Positions 1 to 11,640 of a DNA stretch of 64,000 nucleotides are shown one piece after another. Source of the stretch: Octopus sinensis (Eukaryota); the NCBI RefSeq assembly GCF_006345805.1, contig NC_043000.1:146382001-146446000 (forward strand). The letters are read 5' to 3'. The notes beneath the pieces are model-generated. The model worked only from the letters and a program-made list of their open reading frames with translations. It did no database searches and was not told the DNA's origin. The position numbers and the translations under genes are program-made. How positions within the stretch are numbered: the stretch's first letter is position 1; every line of letters starts with the position of its first letter.

Positions 1-1765
1 TAGAAGCTGTGCAACGGCAATAATAATAATAATAATAATAGTAATAATAATATTAATAATAATAATAATAATAACAACAACAACAATAATAATAATTATT
101 ATGGGAGAATGGGGATAGAATAACTTCACTTTCACATCTATTTTGAAGACAGGAGTATATGACGGGTGTGTCAGTTTGTTCCTATAACAAGAAGCAATGC
201 TCCTGAATGAGAAGTTTCAGGACAAGGTTAGTAAATTTCTGAGCTTTTCGTTGATTACAAAACAGTGACACTTTCCACAAGGGATTTGTTTAAGATGCAA
301 TGATACTCTTTCGGTTTTTCCTGTGTCCTATCGACCAACCCACATGGAGTTCTGAAATTATATGTTATTCGAACAATTAAAATTTCTTAATGATGCAGAC
401 TTGGTTATGTGTTTTACAAGATCGCTTCGTATATATGTGATTTCGAGGTCAATTTCATTATGCCCACAATTTGTGACTTCATCCACTACACATGTAAACT
501 AGTTCGCTGTGAGGTACATTTGTTTAGCAGAGACTGTAAAATCAGATCGATTTTGGGGTGTTAGACTTAAACCTTCGCTCAGTTTAATATTATATGTTAA
601 CCCTTGTATGTCTTCAGTAGAAACCGTATTATTGCAAGTATTCGATCCATCTCTGTGGCTAGAGATATTTTTCTTCCTTCTTTCTACCGTCTCAGAGTCA
701 CTGCATAAAGTTATAAGCACTGTCTTTCCCCCCTCTAAATCATTAAAAATTAAACTGATTCTCTTAAACTACATTATTGTCATGTTCCATAGCAAAAACA
801 AATTGCACAGCATATTGCACCATGACATCAGCTAAAATATAAACATCAAAAACATAAGACAGTATATTTGCTTCGATTTGTAATGCAAAAATAAAATGTA
901 TAGAGTCAGCTTTCGTAGGTTTTCTATTACACTGCCAGGAGCAGAAATTATACGAATGGTTTCATTTATCATATAAATCTCATGTAATTCTGCATTTACT
1001 AATATACAGTTCCAAGTGATGTAAAACTATTGAATAATATACAGAAAGGAATATAAAACACATCGAATTAACAACATCACGTTTTGTGTATTTTGATGAT
1101 ATTTTTGTGGTTTATTTTTTCACGTTTTTGGAAGATTTAAAATTATTTAATGTTATTATTTTTAGTCGTATATTTGGTCAAACGTGAGTAAAAGCAAAAA
1201 TTTTCTTGGTGCCTCTCATAAGGTATTTACACTTCTCATCTAAACATATGTGACCTGTGCAGTAATATATCAATTTTAGAATGCAAATAGCAAAAGTCTC
1301 CAAAAGAAATTATCACCGATTTAAATCGAATCATCACAAAATTGTAGATTCGAACGTGCAGGCTGATATATTTTCATGAACGGAACTTTTGCTATATTTT
1401 GCATTTTCTGGACAAAATTCTGTGTGATCTTTATAATTAATGCAACTGATATTGTTCACAGGAACTGCTTCTCTCGATTTAAGCTGCTGCGACCGAGGCC
1501 CTTTTATTTTGGTTTTGTATCAGCAAGGTTAATCCATAGTAATTGTTTTGTGTTGGTGTTGGTTACGTTGCGATTAGTGTCAGTTTTGAAACACAACATC
1601 TTAGTTGTATAACTACAACTGTTTTTTTTTCCGCACAGACCCATTGGATGCGATGTCAATAAATTCATATAAATAAGAGTTGATAGGAAGATCATCTTAC
1701 ACATGCAATAACCAACAAGTGCGTGATTTACTGATAATCTTACTGTATAGAGATTTATACGAGAG

Positions 1766-1813
1766 GTTGCTGAAGAGATACTAGCTTTAAAAGTATCACG
1801 AAAGGCCTAGCGG
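1766..1813 (+). ncRNA. Degenerate minimal hammerhead-ribozyme-like motif
   Basis: CTGAAGA (1770-1776), stem II GATAC/GTATC (1777-1781/1793-1797), 2 extra nt, GAAA (1800-1803), palindromic AGGCCT in the helix III position, UA cleavage doublet, then GCGG. Helix I is poorly paired. Confidence 0.4.
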
Positions 1814-2035
1814 GAGGGTCCAAACTTCCGAATTCTTTTACAAAATTTAGAAAAACTGAAGTATAGCTGCAATGGGTGTATGAATCTGATAGGGGAATAG
1901 GTTGAATAAAGTCATAAGTAACTGATCCTCCTGCATTTTCTTTTGTACAAAACCAGGAACTTTTCAGCACCACCTCGTACTTGTTATTTATAATCTAATC
2001 CAACAGCCATATTTTAAAAAGTGCAAACCAAAGAT

Positions 2036-2433
2036 GCGCAGGAGTGCCTGTGTGGTAAGTAGCTTGCTAAACCACATGGTTCCGGGTTCAGTCCCACTGC
2101 GTGGCATCTTGGGCAAGTGTCTGCTGCTATAGCCCCGATCCGACCAATGCCTTGTGAGTGGGTGTGGTAGACGGAAACTGAAAGAAGTCTGTCGTATACA
2201 TGTATATATATAGCTGTGTATATGTGTTTGTGTGTCTGTGTTTGTCCCCCTAGCATTGCTTGACAACCGATGTTGGTGTGTTTACATCCCCGTCACTTAG
2301 CGGTCCGGCAAAAGAGACCGATAGAATAATTACTGGGCTTACAAAGAATAAGTCCCGGGGTCGATTTGCTCGACTAAAGGCGGTGCTTCATCATGGCCGC
2401 AAATGACTGAAACAAGTAAAAGAGTAAAAGAGT
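2036..2433 (+). mobile_element. tRNA-derived SINE family A
   Basis: A-box-like TGTGTGGTAAG, B-box-like GGGTTCAGTCCC, internal (TA)/(TG) tract, 3' (AAAAGAGT)n tail. Near-identical to copies at 50.0, 55.1, 57.1 and 58.4 kb. Confidence 0.9.
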
Positions 2434-2699
2434 ATATCTATAAAAAACTTAATTTTGAATGAATGAGTCGCATATTTAAGAACTGGTTTCCATATCCCAT
2501 ATGAACTGCACTGTTGCATCTTGTCTAATGAGGTATTTTTTTTCACTAGAAAAAAAAATAATATTACTAAATAAATAATAAAATTCTTATGTGGGGAAAA
2601 TTATTCTTTAAACGTATCGTAATACGATGGAAAGGATAAGTGATATTCAATTTCAAAAGGTAACATACGAAAGAAAAATATTTTTTTCTACTCGAAATT

Positions 2700-2882
2700 T
2701 TGGAGGAGGGGGCCAGCTTATTAGATCGTCCGGAGTACGTAACTGGTACTTAATTTATCGACCACAAAAGGATGAAATGCAATGTCGACCCCGGCAGAAT
2801 TTGAATTCAGAACGTAAAAACAGACGAAATACTGCTAAGCATTTTACCCGGTGTGCTAACGTTTCTGCCAGCTCCACGCCTT
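2700..2882 (-). mobile_element. tRNA-derived SINE family B (diverged)
   Basis: Reverse complement of GGCGAGCTGGCAGAAACGTTAGCA...TTCTGAGTTCAAATTC...CATCCTTT...GATAAATTAAGTACCAG, shared with the 20.6 and 36.0 kb copies. Confidence 0.8.
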
Positions 2883-3153
2883 ATACGTAAGAGAAATATT
2901 ACTCTGAAATGCAATACGATCTTAAGAATATATATAATAATGTGCAAGAATGTATATTATGTTTATAAGATGTATGTATTATACCTACGTATTTCATGTT
3001 ATTTCCGCCGAAATGCTCGATATGAGAAGATAGACAGCCGACAACTAATGAAGGGTCCTTTCTCTGTGTTTACTTGTCCCGTTTTCTTTTTTTCCTCGTT
3101 CTTTACGTATTTCATGTTATTTGCACCGTTAATGATGACTTATACCCATATAT

Positions 3154-3296
3154 GCAGGAGCAGCTGTATGCTAAGTAGCTTGCTTATCAACCACATGGTT
3201 CCGAGTTCAGTCCCACTGCGTGGCACCTTGGGCAAGTGTCTTTAACTAAAGCCTTGTGAGTGGATTTGATAGTCGGAAACTGAAAGAAGCTTGTTG

Positions 3297-3362
<66 letters not shown>

Positions 3363-3545
3363 TGTGTGTCTGTGTCTGTCCCCCACCATCGCTTGACAAT
3401 CGCTTGAAAACTGATTATGGTGATTTACGTCCCCGTAATCTAGCGCTTCGGCAATAGAAACCGATATAATAAGTACAAGGCTTACACAGAATAATTCCTG
3501 GGGTCGATTTCTTCGAGTAAAGGCGGTGCCCTAGCATGGCTACAA
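3154..3545 (+). mobile_element. SINE family A (diverged), with expanded internal (TA)n(TG)n
   Basis: Aligns by eye to the 2036-2433 copy. Internal microsatellite at about 3296-3360. Confidence 0.85.
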
Positions 3546-3652
3546 TAAAAAAATTATTCATATATATATTATATTGTATTATTTATTATTTATTATTTAA
3601 CTGAACGCGATGCATCAATTTCGAGGTGTATATATATACACATCTCTCTATA

Positions 3653-3711
<59 letters not shown>

Positions 3712-4844
3712 GTATGAATGTACACACCCATACATATACATATAATTTACTTTTGTCCAAATAGATAGATGGATAGATAGATAGATATTGGTAGATATTA
3801 CACAAACAACCAGTGTATCAGCAGATACGACGAAATAAATCACTACGAAACTAATACATACATATAAAACCTCACAACGCTATGAAACCACTCCTTCCGT
3901 AACTTTTGAGCCATGCAATATCCACAATAAAGCTATTCACAATTGTACTGGTTTGTGCTTCATGTGTATAGTAGTACTTGATGCACTCTATCTTTGTACC
4001 TTGTCTCTCTCTTCTCTTTTCATATGTATGTATAATGGAGAGATATAGAAAAACGTTACTATATTGTATTTAATGCTACAATCTCTAACAAAGATAAAAC
4101 TAATACTATAACCAACTAGGTTATACTGACGAGAGGATTTATTCCAGGCAGGATTCTCCGTACTGTAAATGTTCATGAAATGGAGGTATTACAGTAGTTA
4201 AGATGACACTGAGAAATAGTGCTTGAGCGCGCGTGTGCGTGTGCGCGAGTGCACGTGTGTATACATTTATGTGTTGTATTAAAGTTGTATAAAGGAAGTC
4301 GTTTCATATGGGTTTGTGCATACGTATCAAGTTGTACAGCTATATCAAGATGTGCAGACGTATTAAGATATGTATGTTGACGGGGTTACGTGCAATTGCC
4401 GTATTTCTGCTATAAAATTGAATTTTTCACACCAAAAATAATGGTAGATCGACATAAATACTACACAACCTTTGTCGACCAGAATCTAGCAGAATTTGGA
4501 AGAATATTGACGATGTTTGAATGCTTACAGTACATGTTTGTACTCAATACGACGTCGACTTGTAAGCCGCAAACGCGGCTTGCAAAACATAAGTTTAAAT
4601 CAATTAATGGGAAGATTTATAAATTATTGGTGTGGATTGGTGCGAGGAATTTTGGAATTACATAAATGTTTTTGGAGAGATATGTCAAGATATGGCTAGC
4701 AGTGACGTGGTTAGAATAATTGTGGCTTCAGCTGGTGATTCCGGAAACATACTTATTTGTTTCCACGTTTATATGTGTAACAATTCATGGTGTTGTTAAT
4801 CTGAGAACATGTGTTAGTTGATTTGTAATGGCAATATATTTCCC

Positions 4845-4936
<92 letters not shown>

Positions 4937-5158
4937 GTAAACACAGAAAGTTACGTATACAGACAGACACAGACATATGCAAATACGCACATACATTTAC
5001 GTGTGGCCAAGCACACACACACACACACATAAATATTTGACTGTGCGAATATATGTGAGAATGCTTGTGTAGCTGCATATGCGCTTATATATGTCAATTT
5101 GATGTATGCATACAGATACACACACACTCACACACACACATATATACACACACACACA

Positions 5159-5228
<70 letters not shown>

Positions 5229-6314
5229 ATATATATATATATGGATGGATGTATATATGCATTAGTTGGCATTAACTGACGAAATGATTGAGACGTGCAT
5301 CTACACACGCATTTATTAAATAAACACCTGGTTTAATCATCCAGGATGCTCTGTACAGAACGTAATTTCATTTTTCCCTGATTATTACCGGCTTATCAGT
5401 AACCTCTGTTGAAAGGGTTTCCCAAAGTGGAACATTAGCTTGTGACTATGCCACGAGCATGAGATAATAACCACTGGCTGTTGCTTAGTAGGTTTTGCTT
5501 TTTCCCTTTCCATAATTATCTAATTAGTAGAAAAGAAGTGGAACCAACTGATGGGAGGTAAACGAACTGGCGAAAGTAGTTCGGTTGTCGTATTGAGAAG
5601 CAATCATATAATTTTAGTCTCCTAAATGTGGCAGTCTGTATGTGGAGTTATATATAGCCAAGCTACCTATGTATGACAAAAAAAAACCTACTGGCAAAAA
5701 ATGTTGGACTGTATTGAACGGCACTTTTAAATCTAAGAAAATTACACGGGAATGAATAATAGATACTTGATTCCAAATACACTTAACAGGCAAATCTCGT
5801 TAGTCGCGTAGTTATAAAGGTTAAAATAAATTTAGAAACAAGAACTTTCAAAGTAGACATGAATATATTTCTGCTAGATTCTTTCAAAATGGCTACTGGC
5901 TGGCTTCTATATTGATTTCCAGATTGAAACCATGCTGGTTTCGAACTGCGCATAAAGTGGACATGATAGGACTGGTAAAATGTTATAGGTTAGCCTGAGT
6001 TACGTCACCTTTGAAACAATAGAAAAATACAAAGAAATAACAATGCAACAGCAACTCTATTCACCGATGCAGAATACTTCGTGAGTAGCCATTCATTCTG
6101 CAAATTAGCTCTCCGTCTGCCTGCGTGTGTGTTTTATTTATTTATTGAAATTTTCTCTCTCTCTCTCTTTCTCTTTCTCTCTCCCTCTCTCTCTTTCTCT
6201 CTCCCACCCTCGCTGTGCTTTTATTTCTGAATGTTGTGTGTGTGTATACATATGAATATGTGCATGTGTACATGAACGTATGCTATATGTACATATACAT
6301 GTATGTATGCGCGT

Positions 6315-6369
<55 letters not shown>

Positions 6370-6422
6370 AACACACACATAAGTACATACATAAATACAC
6401 CCATATATATATGGATACATAA

Positions 6423-6456
<34 letters not shown>

Positions 6457-6551
6457 TATGTATATACATACATACATACGTATATATATATATTATATAT
6501 ATATATATATATATACTTATGTATATACATACATACATACGTATATATATA

Positions 6552-6593
<42 letters not shown>

Positions 6594-8389
6594 GAGAGAG
6601 AGGGAGAAAGAGAGAGAGAAATTGGCATATATTCTCATTTCTCTTCTTTATTCATTAATCTTTATTGAAATATTTTAAATTCTTAGTTTCTAATTTGATA
6701 TTAAACCCCCCAATTTTATTTTTATTTCATTTATTGCATATTAACATTGTTTTTATTGTTATTTCATTGTATCACTCTTTATAGTGGAAGCATCAATAAT
6801 TCATTCTGTTATCTTCCAGCAACGCAAAAATTAATTACAAAAGACATTTTGTTTTCATTTTGTTATTATAATTGATTTTACGCACACCACGCACACGCAT
6901 ACACATATATATATATACATAAATACACTCACATATATGTATATATGTATATGTTTGTGTTTCTTTATGTCACTGATACTCTGTTATTAGTTCCAATATA
7001 TTTGAAGAAATAAATTTCAATTTCAAATCAAATTATATCACTTGTAAATAAATTTTAAAAAAGTATTAGATATATCTTTCTCAATTAAATTTTTGTCGCA
7101 ATATATATATGTGTGTGTGTCTGTCTGTTTCTCTGTGTGTGTGTCTGGGTCTGTGAGGCTGTGTCTGTGTGGCTAACGTACGCTGCCTAATATTTATTTA
7201 TCCCACTCATTAATGCATGAAAAGTAACGAAATAAGGAGTATTAATCAATAGATAGTCATCTTGTTGACACCAGTGACAGCTGAGCTGCGAAATGTTTTT
7301 GATGCGCCCAATATAAGTGGCTGCCACAGCTATATTGTTTTTCTTCTAGCGAAAGACTACATTTCGTTTTCCCTTAGAGTTTCCTTATTCAGCTTCTCAA
7401 ACAAAACGCGAAAATAAAGTTAAAGATTGCATATTTAAAATCCCATCTAAAAGCATTTACTTCGATTTTAACTGTAAAAGAATATGTACGTATGCGACGA
7501 ACTGAAGGAACCCCTTGTATGGTTATCCTTTATGCCAGAACTAACGGTCTTACCATCATCAAATCCCCTTTAAGGTAACATATATTTGCATAATAATGGA
7601 GACCTTCAGATGTAGATTATAGCTTAAACACCCCAGATCAAATGTCTGTTTCAATTAATGCTATTTTGTATCTAGAAAGCAAAACATACATATGACCACA
7701 GTATTATTTACTGTTCACAGAAGTACAATTATTTACTTTTTAGTGAAGAAGCATGAACATGGTGTTTTCTTTATAATCTTTTAACGCATTGATATGATTT
7801 AAGAGACATTTGTTGTTGTATATATAAAACCTCTTGTTAAGTATATGAAATCTATTTACGAACCATTCTGTATTTCAACTAACATCTTTCAATTTTTACA
7901 AGACAAGAAACTTACTGTTAACGTTCTTATCAAATTTTATAACATTTCTGCTGAGACAGTCATTGATATCTTAGTTAATATTTCTGTTATATTTATGTCT
8001 TCTCGTGCTTCAGTAGTTTTGTCGTTATTACTGCTTCTTACCTTGCCACCGAATTAGATCCCCAATGTCCTACAGATATAGTATATGTGGGGAGTAAATC
8101 TGATTTTGTATTGATGGTTGCCGAGGCCATATACATTTAATGTGCAGACAAGAGGAAAGTAGCAAAGATAACAGAAATAAATAATGTTCTTCCGGAGGTA
8201 AAATATTAAAAGTCTTGCTGTGTTAATCAGAGACTTATGCATAACTAACAACGAAAACATACAAATTAGGACTATTAAACATTCAGAATTATAGCAAATT
8301 CGACCGAAGCAAACGTGTAGAAACTAATGTTCAATATAGTAAAATTAATAGAAATAACAACAATTCTTTCAAATTTTGGCATAAGGTCA

Positions 8390-8572
8390 ACAATTTTGTG
8401 GAGAGTCATCCATTGATTATATCGACTCTAATAATTAACAGGTGTAATATTTTATCAACTTTTAAACGATGAAAGGCTAATTCAATCTCGACAGAATTTG
8501 AGCTCAGGTGCGAAAGCGCGGGAAAATGCAACTAGGCGCAGTTTGTTCTTTCTTACCGACGCTTATGCTAAT
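8390..8572 (-). mobile_element. SINE family B, highly diverged
   Basis: Remnant motifs GATGAAAGGCTAA..CGACAGAATTTGAGCTCAG and ATCGACTC match family B on the minus strand. Confidence 0.55.
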
Positions 8573-8589
8573 TGTTTCAAATTTCGACA

Positions 8590-9960
8590 TAAGACCGTCA
8601 ATTGAGGGTGTGTGTGGCTGGAAGGCCAGATTTCGTCAGGCGTCGAGAAATTTTACTGGGGAAGTTTTGCACTTTCGTAATAGGGGGTGACTGGAATAGC
8701 ATTTTCGACATAGGGAAGGGCTGCGTGAGACTAGAAGAGTTAAATTGCTACTAAATTTTAGCAATGAGTTAGCAACAGAGAGAAATAGATAAGAGTGAGA
8801 ACTAGTTGGTATACTAGAAGAAGCGATTAGTAAAATCATCGTCTTCCGAGGCTGCGTTGTCAGAGCTAAGGGTCGTCCTTTCAAGCACGAAAGAAGAAAA
8901 GCCTCCGATGGACCCGAACGGAGGAGACGCGACGTGAAAACCAAAACAGGACAAATTCTTAGACGGATCGGACCGGCCGCTGCATGCTACTCAGTTTCGA
9001 GCAGATGTGTGCTACTTTCCAGCAACATTTCACACGGTTGGCAATGGTAGCGGACATTCGTTCATTTCCTGAACGGTCTATCGAGAGGACCTACGAAAAT
9101 CTTATAACGGCCACTGAAATTCGGATGTCGATGAACTCTTACACAAGTTATAAATCGCCCAGTTTGGATGGTCTGTCCGATGAACTCTGTGTTCAAGCCA
9201 GATTTGTTTGGCCGTCTCTTGGTAGTCGTCTAACGTAACTGGCATCAGTACATGAGAATTCCTAGCGCTGTTGGCTGGGACGTGGTACCGTTGCTGAGGA
9301 AAGACACCAACATTAAGGAGGTACTAAGGAATTTTCGGTCCATAACTCTGATAAACATAGTTGAAAATTCGGGCCATGGTGTTAACAAAAATGTTGGCTC
9401 TTCTTGCCGTTAGTCTGATCGGAGAAACGTAGACGAGCGCAATACAAAACAGGTTTTTTCACAACTCCCACCTTACACAACACGTTCTATAGGGTCGACT
9501 ATCACTACTTGGAAACCGTTCTGAAAGCGGCTGGTTTCGGGTCCGTTTTCAAAGGCTGGATCGCTGCAATGCACAACAGCACCTGTTCAGTGGTCAAAGT
9601 AAAGGGCCACCTATCAGTGTATCAATTACACGCTTGGTTAACAGATGGTTAACAACTGAGACGAAAGGATGAACATTGTGGTGAGTCTTACCCAGAAATG
9701 CTCTGGAAGGAAGCTATCCCTAAAAGGTCAAGCATCGCTTCCGTCATCAGTGCCATGCTCGGGTCATGTTCCAATGACCAGGCAGTCAGCCTGCTGCCAT
9801 CGCTCGCTGAGTGGCGACTGAGATATGCCGTGTCTTCTGATACACAGACACACCTGCAAGTTGTCCCACCTGCAACAATTTCTTGACAGTGAGTGTGTGT
9901 GGGCTCCGATTGTTAGGCACATCTTTCCGCAGCTCATCTCCTTGACGGAACTGCAGTCCT
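8590..9960 (+). pseudogene. Degraded L1/Tx1-clade LINE ORF2 (reverse transcriptase region)
   Basis: Broken frames give KSPSLDGLSDELC (KSPGxDG motif), RNFRSITLIN and YRVDYHYLETVLKAAGFGSVFKGWIAAMHNSTCSVVKVKGHLS, typical of L1/Tx1 RT domains 0-3. Many stops and frameshifts. Confidence 0.7.
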
Positions 9961-10011
9961 AATGAAGAGAGTCTGAGACTGGGCGCCTGGCATCTGAAAT
10001 GTGGTATTGAG

Positions 10012-10128
10012 CAGAATATTTGCTGTAGCCCATCTTTTATACCAAGACAAAACAATGTACATGATAACACTTCCAATCAGTTAAGATCAGGAGCCATGAA
10101 ATCCACTACCTGGTACTGCATCAGGGCA
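10012..10128 (-). mobile_element. Partial copy (one terminal ~115 bp) of the (AAT)n-flanked ~560-bp element
   Basis: Near-identical to 10690-10808 and to the reverse complement of 51928-52050. Abuts (ATT)n at 10129. Confidence 0.85.
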
Positions 10129-10183
10129 TTTATTATAATTATTATTATTATTATTATTATTATCTTTTTATTATTATTATTAT

Positions 10184-10216
<33 letters not shown>

Positions 10217-10250
10217 TATTACTATTATTATTATTATTATTATTATTATT

Positions 10251-10804
10251 GAGTGAGAGAGCAGTTCATGCCATCGAAGTGACACTGGGGTAAAATATAC
10301 GAAGCCCAATACACCCATCATGACTACCCGTCTGATAAGGGTACACCAGGCACATGCATCACAACCATATGTGCGCGACATGGTGATCTCATATCAAGAT
10401 AAACAGCACATGACCTTGCAGGTGGGGCCCAGTTAGAATTTTCTTCAGGTTGAGTAGCCCATCCCGCTCAAACGGTCCCTGAATAAGAGTTGTTTTAGGA
10501 TGTTTAAAGAACCACCCATGTTTCCAGAGGTGAATTATTCAAACCCCCAAAAATCCCTCTCAACACATGGTTATGATGCTCCTCCACTACTTCTGCTCGT
10601 GATCAGAGATGCACATATCGTCAGTCAATAAGAGACATGCTCAACTGGTTTAAGTTAAACAACTGACAAGCAAATCTGTGGTATTGAGCAGAATATTTGC
10701 TGTAGCCCATCTTTTATACCAAGACAAAACAATGTACATGATAACACTTCCAATCAGTTAAGATCAGAAAACATGAGAGCCACTGCTTGGTACTGCATCA
10801 GGGC

Positions 10805-10808
<4 letters not shown>
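10251..10808 (-). mobile_element. Full-length ~560-bp non-coding interspersed element flanked on both sides by (ATT)n
   Basis: Matches 51928-52486 (opposite strand) and 37203-37742 over their length. (ATT)n at 10129-10250 and 10809-10985. Confidence 0.9.
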
Positions 10809-10837
<29 letters not shown>

Positions 10838-10842
10838 CATCA

Positions 10843-10915
<73 letters not shown>

Positions 10916-10985
10916 CATCATTATTATTATTGTAATTATTATCATTATTGTCATTATTATTATTATTATTATTCTTATTATTATT
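10809..10985. repeat. Compound (ATT)n/(ATC)n microsatellite
   Basis: Direct reading. Confidence 0.95.
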
Positions 10986-11385
10986 TGGCAGAATCGTTGG
11001 CATGCCGGGCAAAATGATTAGCGGTATTTCGTATATTTCGTATGTCGTTACGTTCTGGGTTCAAATTCGGCCGAGGTCGACTTTGCTTTTCATCCTTTCG
11101 GGGTCGATTAAATAAGTACCAGTTACGCACTGGGGTCGATATAATCGGCTTAATCCGTTTGTCTGTCCTTGTTTGTCTCCTCTGTGTTTAGCCTCTTGTG
11201 GGTAGTAAAGAAATAGGTATTTCGTATGTCAGCATGTTCTAAATTTAAATTCCGCCAATGTCGACCTTTGCCTTTCATCCTTTCGATGTTGATGAAATAA
11301 ATACCAGTTACGCACTGAGGTCAATGTGATCTACTTAATACCTTCCCCCAAATTTCAGGCCTTGTGCCTACAACAGAAAGTTTAA
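10986..11385 (+). mobile_element. SINE family B, head-to-tail dimer
   Basis: The second unit restarts at internal GGTATTTCGT (about 11216) directly after AAAGAAATA. Confidence 0.85.
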
Positions 11386-11406
11386 TTTGAATTAGTATTA
11401 GTATTC

Positions 11407-11598
11407 AAGGCGGCGAGCTGGCAAAATACTTAGTGGTATTGTGTCCGTCCTTACGTTCTGAGTTCAAATCCCGCCGAGATCAACCTTGCCTTTGATCTTG
11501 CAGAAATCGATGAAATAAGTACTAGTTCCGCACTGTGGTCGGTGTAATCGACTAGACCACTCCCCCAAGTTTCAGGCCCTGTGCCCATAGTGGAAAGG

Positions 11599-11600
<2 letters not shown>
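11407..11600 (+). mobile_element. SINE family B variant ending in (ATT)n
   Basis: AAGGCGGCGAGCTGGCA head, GAGTTCAAATCC B box, tail CAGGCCCTGTGCCCATAGTGGAAAGGATT. Confidence 0.8.

Positions 11601-11637
<37 letters not shown>

Positions 11638-11640
<3 letters not shown>

Noticed and set aside
499-835. Overlapping 73-aa (minus) and 108-aa (plus) ORFs
   Set aside because: No recognisable domain and no convincing splice acceptor. Could be a terminal exon but is unsupported.
2986-3128. 25-bp imperfect direct repeat around a GAAA...CTAATGAAGGG segment (possible type-II hammerhead)
   Set aside because: Core is altered and helices I and II do not pair.
3612-3650. Hairpin followed by GAAA on the minus strand
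   Set aside because: No CUGANGA upstream, so it is not a hammerhead as it stands.
4753-6658. Many ORFs with YI/CV/HT/poly-I/poly-L/poly-Y runs (here and throughout the ORF track)
   Set aside because: They are translations of (TA)n, (TG)n, (AGAT)n and (ATT)n microsatellites, not genes.
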